DNA of 64,000 nucleotides from Octopus vulgaris (taxonomy: Eukaryota), in the NCBI GenBank assembly GCA_951406725.2, contig OX597823.1, positions 2,418,001 to 2,482,000 of the forward strand, given 5' to 3'. The number at the start of each line of letters is the position of its first letter. Position 1 is the stretch's first letter. The notes under the pieces were generated by a model. It saw only the letters and a list, made by a program, of their open reading frames with translations, did not search any database and was not told the origin of the DNA. Positions 13,480 through 64,000 of this stretch are shown here, piece after piece. Both the position numbers and the translations under genes were made by a program.

Positions 13480-13680
13480 ATATCACCAGACATCTTGGTC
13501 CTTTGCATTTCCTCCATGAGGCCCAACTTCATGAGATCGGTCCTTACCACTTCATCCCACATCTTCCTGGGTCTCCCTCTTCCACGGGTACCATTCACTT
13601 TCAGTGATTGGCATTTCTTTACGCAGCTGTCCTCATTCATATGCACCACATGTCCAAACCAATGTAGTCTTCTCTCTTAG
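13480..13680 (-). mobile_element. RTE LINE C-terminal fragment
   Basis: VHMNEDSCVKKCQSLKVNGTRGRGRPRKMWDEVV is homologous to 8380-8500. Confidence 0.8.
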
Positions 13681-13956
13681 ATGCTGCATAATATCTATTA
13701 ATATTAGATAGCATCTAATGTTTATGTGTGGTGGTATGAATTAATGAGATATTTGATAAATATTACTATGTGATAAGGTATGATAATACATTGCAATAAA
13801 GTGATGTGGGATAATATGTGATAAAGATGTCATATGTGCTGGTATTGGATAGTGGCATGGGAAAATATTTGATAAAGGCATACCATATTATAATGTGACA
13901 CTATGTGATATGTCTAATTGTGTGATATTATGGATTAATATGTAATATTACATTTA

Positions 13957-14160
13957 AGGTGGCCAGCTGGCAGAATCATTAGCATGCCAGGCAAAATGCT
14001 CAGCCGTGTTTCATTCATCCTTAGATTCTAAGTTCAAATAATGCTGAGGTCAACTTTGCCTTTCATCCTTTTTGGGGTCAATAAAATAAGTACCAGTTGA
14101 GCACTGGGGTTAACTTACCGCCCCTCACAAAATTGCTGGCCTTGTGCCAAAATTTGAAAC
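13957..14160 (+). mobile_element. tRNA-headed SINE, family B
   Basis: ggtggccagctggcagaatcattagc...gttcaaat...gactttgcctttcatcc...aagtaccagttgagcactgggg. Confidence 0.82.
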
Positions 14161-14279
14161 CACCATGTTATATTGTATGATAATGTAACAATATTTGATA
14201 ACACATGATGATAGGCTAATACTTGTGATAAAGTGATCATGTGATAATGTTTGATAACATATTTAAAATGTGTGACATT

Positions 14280-15266
14280 CAGTGGTTTTTGTGTAAAAAT
14301 GGAATATATAATTATACAAAGTGTTTGAGGTAAATTTCATGATTATATTATATATCTCCTTTTTTGAGGAACTGGTCGATTGTATTAGTGAACAGTCTGT
14401 GGTGTTGGAGAGCATAAAGATTCTCATTGTAGTTGAGAAGAAGCTATCTGACATGGAGGACTGGAAACCATCTGAATATAGGAAAAGGGTTAGCTGTATC
14501 GTGATGGCTTGCACTCAGTGTCAAAATGCCAACATCACGACTGCTGTTCAATGCTCTGCGAACACTGTGAAGGCTGCAAGACATGACATGGACGTAATGG
14601 AAACCAAGTTTCACCAAACTGTGATGGTTTCTGGGTATGTTTCCAGGAAGGTTGACATCATGTCACCCCCACATCTTTGAATAAGGCTTAGACTTGTTTC
14701 AGATGACTATGTAAGGCTGCTGGAGACTGTAGTCAATCCCTGGCTGGAGATAGTTGCCCCTGGGAGCCCATATGTGTGGCAATAGGATTTGGCTCCTCCC
14801 CATGCTTCCAGAAATAGTCAGAAGTGGTTGTCAGAGAAATTCTACAACTTCACAAGTTCCAATTTTTGGCTTCTTAATTCCTCCAAATTTAATCTATGGG
14901 ATTAAAATTGGAGGAATTAAGAAGCCAAAAATTAGATGTGTGAGGCACAGTTGAGAAAGACACCAGCCACTCTCCATGCAAGACCAAGGCTGGACAGGTG
15001 GCCAAGATCAAAGAAGTGTTTCAAGATCCTCCCAAGGCCACAGTGAGTAACATGTGCACCAAATTCCAGAGCCGTCTTGAGGCTGGGGTGGAAACTGAGG
15101 GTGGCTCCTTTGAGTAAACTGTTATCTCCCAGCCATAATCTAGTTTATATATTTTGAATTTTTAAAGAAATAATTTTAAGTTTGGATGTTGGTGGGGTGG
15201 GGGTGGGAGAGTTGTGCTTTGTTTACCTTTTATGGAAATTGTCAGATTTAGCCCAAAAGCCCTGTA
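14280..15266 (+). mobile_element. Tc1/mariner-superfamily (maT/DD37D-like) transposon remnant, internally deleted
   Basis: Decayed transposase segments (TVMV.GYVS..DIMSPH; YVWQ.D.AP.H.S..SQKWL; LEAGVETEGG.FE*); the right end ...gccctgTA looks like a TIR plus TA target. Left boundary is approximate. Confidence 0.7.
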
Positions 15267-15759
15267 TGTGGAAGTATGTGATAATTTTATAATGTTGGAT
15301 AAAATGTGATAATGTTTAAAAATGTGATAATATGAAGAATATAAAGTCTGTGAAGCTGAGTTGAAATTGGTCTAAAGTAGTGAGAAAATCTTGGACTGAT
15401 CGGCTGGCCACACTATTGCCTGTCTTCGTTTCTCTTGGTCAGCGTCAACAACGATGGACACAAGGGAAAGAAAATGAAGGAGATTTATATGTCCTTGTTT
15501 TCTATTTATATGTGTATGAGATTATATGACATGTGTGTGTGTGAAACTATTGTGTGCATGGATATTGTGTGTTTATTTGTGTGCACGTGTGTGCCCTTGT
15601 TTTCTGCTTTGTGTGTGTGTGTGCATGCATGTGCATGTGTGTGTGTTTGTGTGTGTGCATGCATGTATGTGTGTATGCTGTTTGCCCTTGTTAATGTGTG
15701 TGTGATGTTAGTAATGCATTAGACAGTGTAGCGTAGGAGGTGTAGGGTAGAAGTGAAGG

Positions 15760-17130
15760 GGACAGTCAGTGGAAATATAAGAGGTATGTGGTGTGTGTGT
15801 GTGTGCGAAGGAGGATTTTAAATGAAAAGAGGTGGAGAATTTAGACCATGAAGGACTGAAGTATGGAGAGAGCAAATTACTTTCTGCTCTAGACAGAGAC
15901 AGGAGCATGCAAGGCGATTCCATACAAACCGATGTTGCAGAGAATGATCAGTTGAGTGGAAATTGCATGAGACCAGGATATAATTACTGAGTCTGAGGTC
16001 CTGAAGGTGTTTGGCAAAATGGTCGACCAGGTGTTGACCAGTTTGTCCAATGTATGGAGAGTGACAAAGAGAACAGTGAGTGCCATAAATCAGATTACTA
16101 GAGGTGCATGTGAAGGAGTTGGTCACAAAGAAGGATCTGTTGTAGGTACTGGTGAAGAAGGTGGTGTTAGAGAGGAAGGGACAGGTGTGGCAGTGTGGAT
16201 GAGAGCAAGGGAAAGAGCCAGGCTGAGTGTCAGGAGTGGAGGATGAGCTATGAACCAGTTGGTCATGTATGTTGCAGGTGCATTTGAAGGAAGGGAGGGG
16301 CAGGTTGGGGAAGATGTGGGAAGTGGAGAGATCAGATAGGAGTCAGCTGAAGGTGTATAAAATAGTGCATTGGAAGGGAAGGGTGGAGGGATGGTAGGTA
16401 AGTGATAGGGGGACAGGTAAGGGCGGGACAGCATGGGTGGGGCTGATGAGCAGTCAACAACCAAGTGCATGCAAGGGCAGCTTGAATAACAGTGATGGCG
16501 GCGGTGGTGGTGGTGGTGGTGCTGGTGCTGGTGCTGGTGGTAGTGGTGGTGGTGGTGGTGGTGATTTTCTCCCAATTAGGTTAAGTGGTGAAGCCATGAG
16601 TCTGGACTGCATCTTGAAGCCATGGTCGTCGCTATGGAGCCGATGGAGACAAAGGAACTGAGAAATGGAGATGGACTGTTTGGTGTGAAGAGGGAGAGAG
16701 GAGAAGAAGTTGAGGTAAGAGTGACAGTCTGTTGGCCTGTAATGGACGGTACTGGCAAGAGAAGTGTGGTTGAGGGCAATGGAAATGACGGGGAAGTTAA
16801 TGGAGATGCTGGACACAGGAGAGGAGAATTCAAGGGCAATGTAGAAGGACTAAGTGGAAGAGAGGAAAGAGTTGAATCATTTCTGGGAGAGTGGGGGTCA
16901 CACCAATAGTCTTCATTGTACCAACTGTATGACTCAGGGGTGGGATCAGTCAACTGTGAGAACATCCAGGCCTCAACGTAGCCAATGAACTGGTTCATGT
17001 GGTTGGGACCTATTTTTGTTCCCATAACAACTCCCAAGAGCTGTTGGTAAGATTCATCTGCAAATGAAAAGCATTTCAAAGTGAGAACCAGTTCGGCCAA
17101 ACAGAGGACAGTAGGGATGCTGGGCAAGGA
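15760..17130 (-). mobile_element. Penelope-like retroelement remnant (RT + GIY-YIG endonuclease)
   Basis: LAELVLTLKCFSF..YQQLLGVVMGTKIGP; VHYRPTDCHSYLNF.S..P..K.SI.ISQFL; FTCTSSNLIY..HC..C..YIGQTG. Confidence 0.9.
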
Positions 17131-17449
17131 AGCAGGACATATCTTTATCTTTTATTTTTTATATGGGCGCAAGAGTGGGTGTGCACATGTGTGTGTGTGT
17201 GCGTAAAACAAAAGTAACTGTTTGAATCAGCTCCAAATGGAGCTGATTATATAACGCCTGATTATATAACTCCAGCCAAATGTATGTATATATATGTAAC
17301 GGTGTATTTTGAGCCGATAAAGTTTTTAGTTAAAGTCGACAGTCACCAATTGTAACAGCGTATTTTGAATTTTGGTGTGGTCACCTATATTATTGATGAT
17401 GAAATGTTGGAGTCACCAATTGTAACGGCAGAATTTGTATTTTTTATTT

Positions 17450-18200
17450 TTTATTTTATTTAGTTTCAGCTCACAAGCGGTGGCCATGCTGGGGCACCGT
17501 CATTTGGTGTTGCTACATGATTTTACTTCACGAATGCTTTTTAGCAAATGCCATCTGGTGCTTGAGAGAGTTTGATGCAGCTGCCCTCATCTGCACCTCC
17601 TGCCGTGAAGTTGGTTCATCTGGGAAACCTGACAAGAAGAGATCCAGTTTTATTTTAAAGACATCTGCATCCACCCCATGCAGGTCTCTTATGTTCTTTG
17701 GGAGGATATTGAAGAGCTGTGGGCCTCGGAAGCCCAGGCTGTCACAGTATCTTGTCCTACATCTTGATGGCAAATTTGGAGTCCTAGGCACTATGCAGTG
17801 GCGCCCAGTTCTAGCATTTGTGTAACTCTCGATGCCAAAGTTTGGAACAAGTCCTTCTAGAATCTTCCAGATGTATATTATGGCATATCTTTCTCGCCTA
17901 CGCTCTAAGGAATAGAGTCTCAATATCTTGAGTCTTTCCCAATAGCTTATATGCTGCACAGAGGCTATCTTCTTCGTGTAGCTTCGTTGGGTCGCCTCAA
18001 GTTCTGTGATTAACTTGACACTGGATGGTGACCATAGCTGAGAGCAATAGTCAAAGTGGCTTAGGACAAGTGTCCTTCAGAGGACTATCATGGTTTCCTG
18101 GTCTCTTGTTCTAATGGTTCTAAGAATCCTTCCGGTCAGTCGCCTACATTTCATTGCCAATTTAGCAATGTATGGTAAACTTTACTATGAAATTTTGGTG
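17450..18200 (-). mobile_element. CR1-like LINE 3' end (ORF2 C-terminus + tail)
   Basis: ORF 17528..17959 reads YWERLKILRLYSLERRRER...GPQLFN.LP...FK.KLD.FL; tail ggtgccccagcatggccaccgc..gctgaaac(taaaa)n. Confidence 0.9.
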
Positions 18201-19991
18201 GAAGCAGTGGTAACGATAATAATTTGTGGTTATAATTGTTTACTGTAGGATGTGAAAGATGCACAATGTATAAAGTTTTAAGAAGGTATTTATTTACCGT
18301 TACGTTACAAATACCTTGCCTCAACGGACAGGTTGTGATACATCCAAAAGCATGCGAAGTAAAGTTTGTGTTTGTGTCCTCATCATTGTTTAGTAGTAAT
18401 TGCTGAGACAGAATGATGTTGTAAGAGAACAGAATTAGAGCTAGAGAGAAGTGTTGGTTGTTGTCTGACAGTAAACTTCCTCTCTCCCTCTGATCAAGGT
18501 TGGTCAGCCAGACCCCCCCCCCCCGTTGAGTCGTCACCGACTGTGACTGACTGATTTTTGCTTGGGATGTGCTTACTTATATAAAGATCCAGAAGGATTG
18601 AGAACAATAGATTTAGTTGGTGGTCTTGTTATCTCTATTCTAGCTTTTTGTGAAGCAGAGGAGGCCAGAAAGGGTCAAGTGGTGAAAACATTATTTCGGC
18701 CTAGGTAAAGGCATTTGGAAAATGTAAAACTGCTGCCAGAGAAAAACCATTGTTCCACCATGGGAAAAGTTCTGTAGTAGTGTTATTTTAAATTTGGCTA
18801 TGGTGGATCGAATCCACTTCATGCATGCAGGATTCACTACATATATATATAGTTTATATTTAGCTTTAATAACTACTGCTCAAATATGAGATTTAGTTTT
18901 AGGCAATCACCAATATAGTTGATTATTTTAAAATTCTCCTACAAAAATAAAATCCAGTCCCATAAGACGCCCTTCCTGCGATAAATGGTATTTCTCCTTT
19001 ATTCCTAACATGGTCAATTTCCGAAAAAGAAAAAAAAAGGGGAGGGGGAAACTATCGTCATAACGTCGTAAAAAAAAAATCAGTTCATATTTTCAAGGGA
19101 ATGAATTGCGAAGGTAATGATTTCAAGGGGAGTAACTACGTAATATAGAATTGGAAGGGAGTTAACTCTAGCATGAGTTGTTCATAGCACTTTGTAGAAT
19201 TTTGTCGGGGGAAATGCAAGATGCCTCTCTTCGAAAATCTGGATGCAAATTTCATATCTGGTTTCAGAATTTGCAATATACGTATTTCCAAATTATATTT
19301 AATATGACATGTAGGTATTAAAAGTTGCAAATATATGATAAAAGCTACAACAGTCATTTCCCCTGTTTTAGAGAAAGCTCTAGACTTTTTTTCCACCTAC
19401 ATTTCGATAGCAATGAAATCTAATGCAAAAAGATACATGTAGCTGGATACATTCTCCTCCTGGGGGCACCAAAATACTGCCCGACAATAAAATAACTGAT
19501 GTCGCTTTGGTAGGACAACCACTTGACAATGGACGCTTGAATACAATCCATTTAGAAGGAATTTTAAATTTCTCTCTACTTCTTCAGGAATATCTTTGAT
19601 TGTCGAAGATCACAAAATTTATCAAATGGATTCCAAAGTGACATTTACAAAATCCTATTTAATCAACCGCAAATATATCATTTCAACTAAAATGTATCGC
19701 ATTAATTGATGTGTTTTCTGTTTCGAATAGGAAAAAGATACAAACATGAAGAAATGAATGTAAATTCTTCCTATCCCCAAAAGACGCAAACTAAAATTTT
19801 CTTGTGAAGAGAATTTATTGTAGAAACTTTGCAACCACATTCGAAGCTGAAGAAATCGATCTGTAAACAAGTGTCCCAGACACTAGACAAATAATCAACA
19901 TTATAACGAGCTGTTTCAGGTAGAGTTTTGATAAATAGAACACAAAACGTATTGTAAGGCAAAATTAATGTTTTATTACTGATTCATCATA

Positions 19992-20061
19992 TAAGGCAAA
20001 TAGATATGTGTAAGGCAAATAGATATGTGTAAGGCAAATAGATATGTGTAAGGCAAATAGA
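19992..20061. repeat. 19-bp minisatellite (taaggcaaatagatatgtg), about 3.7 copies
   Basis: Units start at 19992, 20011, 20030 and 20049. Confidence 0.9.
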
Positions 20062-20104
20062 CATGGAGTATAGCCCAGATACTTAACTGCTGAAAATATA
20101 TTTA

Positions 20105-20420
20105 TTTTGGCACAAGGTCAGTAATTTCGGGGGAATGGTGGTAATTCGATTACATCGACCCCAGTGATCAACTGATATTTATTTCATCGACCCCGAAAGG
20201 ATTACAAGGTAAAGTCAACCTCAGCAGAATTTAAACTCAGAATGTGCAATCGGAAGAAATGCCTCTAAGCATTTTCTCCGGTGTGCTAACGATTCTGCCA
20301 GCTCGTAATTAAGATATAATGATTTCAAACTTTGACACAAGGTGAGCAGTTTTGAGTGAGGCGGGCGAGTCGATTACATCGACCCCCACAGTTCAAATGC
20401 GACTTATTTAGTTGACCTTG
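20105..20420 (-). mobile_element. SINE family B, one copy plus a partial second copy
   Basis: cgattacatcgacccc...ccccgaaagga...aaagtcaacctc...gattctgccagctcg. Confidence 0.75.
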
Positions 20421-21661
20421 ATTACTATTGAAAATATAGCGAAATTTCATAAACACCTACAAAATAAATTCGTTTAATTGCATACCCAGTTAATTGCACA
20501 GAAATTTCAAGTGGAAATAACTATGTCATAAGATACGTTAGTTTATAATGATCCTAAAAGATACGTTGGTAGATATAAGATACGTTAGTTTATAATGATA
20601 TCATAAGATACGTTAGTATATATTAGTCTTAAAAGATACGCTGGTATATAATGGTGTTGAAAGATATGTTAGTAGATAGTGGTCTACATTTTTTGATATC
20701 TTAAGCAGATTTTTATATTTAATTAAAAACAACAGTCTTTTATTTTATACACCCAAACACACAATGGGTTCAGTTAGGACAAAGACTTTGCTAAATATTG
20801 AATTTATTCAAATGTTCTTTAATGGGTTTCAATCATTGGATTACGGTTACATTTTGGCTACGTCTTTGTGGATTACAGTCGATTAGGATGATCTCGACCT
20901 TTCCTGTATTTATTATAGTATCGACTTTGGAGCACAACAAAAGTTGAAGTCAGCTTGGTGTAAACTAAAGCAGCAAATATGGATAGAAAACAAGAATGTA
21001 ACTGAAGAATTTCGCTATGCCCTGGGAGAGAAGGAAAGTGACATTTCATACAACAAAGAGTGTCGGCTTCATTGGAGTAGGGTTGTCGTCATGGAAATAT
21101 ATTTCGAATCGAATGCAAATTGCTAATTAAAATATACCCGGTACACAGTCTGTCTTTATGGCTAGAATCCCTCTTCCCCTTCAGTTTTTAAAACTCAAAT
21201 TAATTCAGATGAAACCAATCTGGTTAATTCAAACAGAATTGGAAAATCGAACTTCAACTGGAGAAAAGCACAAAACCACAACATTAACTGAAGATTGCCG
21301 AAGATTATAAAAGAGAGAAACAGGAAAATATCTGTGGATTAAGTAGAGTTTGAAAGCATCTCCTAATTATCAAATACAATAAATTTGCTGATTATTTAAC
21401 TGCTAAATCAGAGATATTCAATAAATGTTGGGCATCAATAAATATCTGCTGAAAATGCAGCAAGTTATACACTAACAAAATGACTGTATCAACATAATGC
21501 TATTTGCCAAGGACACGCCCATGCACACCTTCTTTTCTATCAGCAACGGAACTCTTCCTTCTTGAGCTCTACTTTCTCTTTTTATGTCACCTAAAGGAAA
21601 TGTCTGTCATGTCATTATATTTTTAAATAATTACGTATATAGGCAGTTAAGGTAAATACCA

Positions 21662-21945
21662 ATTATACACACACACACGAATGTATGTTTGTATGAATGT
21701 ATGTATGTATGTATGTATGTATGTATGTTTGTATGTATGTATGTATGTTTTTATGTATGTATGTATGTATGTTTGTGTGTATGTTTGTATGTATGTATGT
21801 ATGTATGTATGTATGTATGTTTTTTATGTATGTATGTATGTATGTATGTATGTGTGTATGTATGTATGTATGTATGTATGTATGTATGTATGTATACATG
21901 CATACGTACATGCAACCATGCACACACACACATATACGTATATAA

Positions 21946-21985
<40 letters not shown>
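21662..21985. repeat. Compound microsatellite (TATG)n/(GT)n, probably in the LOX 3' UTR
   Basis: Read directly; it explains the spurious YVCM/IHTY ORFs. Confidence 0.9.
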
Positions 21986-21988
<3 letters not shown>

Positions 21989-22284
21989 TGTGACTATATT
22001 TTTTGTTCCTGACTTTGATGTTGCAGTGGAGTTAGGAATCCTAACGTCCGTTTGTCGCATCGCCTACAAAGACCAATTAAATGCCAGACTGACAATAAAA
22101 TACTCAAAGTGATGTGATTCACTAAACTCCGAACGTTGTGCTCCATCACATCCACGACCAAACTCCGAAATCTGCGAGAGAAGTAAGAGAACATATTATT
22201 GTTATTATTATTGCTGTTGTTGTTGTTATTATTATTATTTGTTATTATTATCGTTATATATTTGCAATATATATATAGATATGA

Positions 22285-22315
<31 letters not shown>

Positions 22316-22372
22316 TGTATGTATGTACACAACCACACACACACACACACACACACACAGAGGCACATACAT

Positions 22373-61742
<39,370 letters not shown>

Positions 61743-61834
61743 CTGTATGTATGACAAAGACAACAAAACTAAACATTGATTTCTAATATAGAAACAAGAT
61801 TTCCAGTTTTATTTGTAATTGGGAGAAGGTTACA

Positions 61835-62020
61835 TGCTGGCAGGATCGTTAGGGTAGCACACCGGACAAAATACTTAGTGGCATTTATTCCGGCTTTACA
61901 TTCGGAGGTCATCTTTTTGTGGTCGATAGAGTAAGTTCCAGTCACTCACTAGAGTCGATGAAATCGACTATCTCCCTCCCCACAACATTTCAAGACTTGT
62001 GCCTATCGTAAAGAGGATTT
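61835..62020 (+). mobile_element. SINE family B, diverged
   Basis: gctggcaggatcgttag...ggtcgatagagtaagttccagt...gacttgtgcctatcgtaaagaggatt. Confidence 0.65.
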
Positions 62021-62342
62021 GTAGTAGGAAAGGTATAGTTAATTAAGACCCACTACCAATACATAATTTGCATTTCATTATCGACCCCCAAAGAATCGAA
62101 AGCAATCGTGACTTTGGTAGTAATCGGAACGAGACCATAAATAAGTCTTATGAAATACCATAAAGAATTTTTGTACGACGCACCAGAATTTGTTGTCTAT
62201 CGACTTAACTTTTGTTTGTCCGTGTAAACCAGAACTCACTGTTCTGAAACAAAAAAATGTAACTAAACTTACATTAGAGAATTTAGTACTAGAAACAAGA
62301 TACTTGAGGGAAATTGTGCTTCCCCGCCTCCTCCTATGCCTT

Positions 62343-62425
<83 letters not shown>

Positions 62426-63127
62426 TATATAAGTTTGTGTATAGCAAAGCATATGTATTTGTAAGCATGCGTATCTGTGTATGTGTAAGTGAAAGTATGC
62501 TTGTGCTTAAGCACGCATACACACGACGGTAATTATATGTATCAATTCAAACTTGTGTATGTATACTGGCCTCTATAGATGCCAATAATATCGCTACAAG
62601 TTTTTTTCCCCACCCCTCCTTCGTTTCTTTTTTCTCTCTTTCCCTTTCTTTCGTTCCCCCTCCTTGCTCAGTATATGAGAATTGCTACATAGATGAATTT
62701 TAGCTTGCGTGCGAGACGGGTTGCGTGAATATATGTACACATGCTTTTATGTGTATAATTTAGATTCATATTCATACGTCTGTATATGTATGTATGGCGT
62801 TTACGCGCATCCTTTTGTGTATGTTGATATATATATGTGGATTTTAAATATAAATATGTATTGCAGTATTTATAACAGGTTTAATTTCTATGCATTAATT
62901 TGTACTGTCTTCATTAACGGCAATAGGTTTTTTCCTCGGTTTTTTCCTCGGATTTTATAATTTTTATAAGTTTTTTATATTTATATACATATATTTTTGA
63001 CCTTTTTGTTTATCGCTCGAAGTTTGACCGTTTTTTCTAAAGGGCCAATCAAACAAGTCCATTTCTTTTTAAAGGTGTAGCGTTTGTAACAGTATAGATT
63101 GAATTAATATATATGTTCCATTCTAGC

Positions 63128-63175
63128 AAAAGCTGTCTGATGAACGGCAACGAGAAACTCAGAGTAACAGATTTT
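63128..63175 (+). ncRNA. Minimal type-I hammerhead-like motif, canonical C3:G8 core
   Basis: aaaagctgt-CTGATGA-acggcaacga-GAAA-ctcagag-TA-acagatttt: stem I pairs 8 of 9, near-palindromic stem III, GUA triplet, 2-bp stem II. Confidence 0.65.
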
Positions 63176-63202
63176 GTTGAATTTTCTGCTGCTTAAAATA
63201 AA

Positions 63203-63306
<104 letters not shown>

Positions 63307-64000
63307 GTATATGTATATGTATGTATATATATATATTGTGTGTGTGTGTGTGTGTAAATAATAGTAATGGCATTTTTATATAAGCTTAAAGCTCGTGGCG
63401 ATCATCGTGCAATGACTAAGGAAAATAGTCCAATAAAGTGGCGTATAAGCCCTCGGCAGAATAAAGAAGGCTTTCCAATCGGTGTCATCGCACGGTAAGC
63501 GTTAAGCTTATATAAGAATACCATCATTATTATTATTTAAAGGATTGTAAACTCGGCGGCGTATAGAAAAAAACATTCGCACCGAAAGCATATATATATA
63601 TCTGATGAATTCCGTTGCTTCGTACAACCAAATTTCCTTAAAAAAAAAACTGATTGGTCAATTCTAGACAATTAAAATCACATACTCCGGCTGCCGTGCT
63701 GTAAGATTGAATTAGGTTCAGCCTGATAGAAAAGGAAGTCTCCTTGCTACACAACTCTACCTTCAGTTTATCATTTATATTCTGACCCTTAAAATGCACT
63801 ATTTGGGTTAGATATAAATATTGTTATTGAAATGTATTGTTTGTTTTCAGATTCACTTCAACTCTGATAGAGCAAACGTTTTGAGCGAAAGCATTCCAGC
63901 CTTGTTCAGGTTGTCTTTTCTTCAGATTTAGTGCGTTTAAGTATGTATTAAACCCAATTTTTTAAGGCGGTACGCATGACGCATGGAAGATTTAGCTATT

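Noticed and set aside
19397-19605. About 69-codon open frame on minus in non-repetitive DNA
   Set aside because: No start codon, no supported splice context and no recognisable motif.
22010-22066. Alternative LOX last exon (…RIPNSTAT resembles IPNSIAV; 11-nt identity; preceded by ttgtag)
   Set aside because: The acceptor gives the wrong phase after exon k, the C-terminal helix is missing and there is no stop after the motif; probably chance.
62273-62345. Possible upstream LOX exon (GTAAGT donor at 62272)
   Set aside because: No LOX-like translation recognised and no convincing acceptor before the (TA)n tract.

Overview
AT-rich, microsatellite-dense animal genomic DNA. The SINE and LINE repertoire looks cephalopod (Octopus-like); that assignment is an inference. 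The one host gene I can support is a lipoxygenase on the minus strand. I traced 12 GT-AG exons by hand (61742 down to 22373; 1350 nt, 449 aa plus stop, all phases compatible, no stops). They encode the catalytic domain, and the N-terminus lies beyond the window. The metal ligands are intact (HxxxxH, HAAVN), but the C-terminus is Val and several near-invariant positions are substituted. The rest is decayed transposable elements: tRNA-headed SINEs, RTE, CR1-like and R4/Dong-like LINEs, Penelope-like elements, Ty3/Gypsy remnants, mariner, Tc1-like and Chapaev-like DNA transposons, a probable Helitron, and fold-back palindromes. The most unusual signal is a set of six minimal type-I hammerhead-ribozyme-like motifs of the Penelope type. 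Their core 3:8 pair covaries (C:G, U:A, A:U, G.U). Four lie in the sense orientation inside lipoxygenase introns, and two of those share the same palindromic stem III. No prokaryotic features, CRISPR arrays, rRNA or true tRNA genes were seen.
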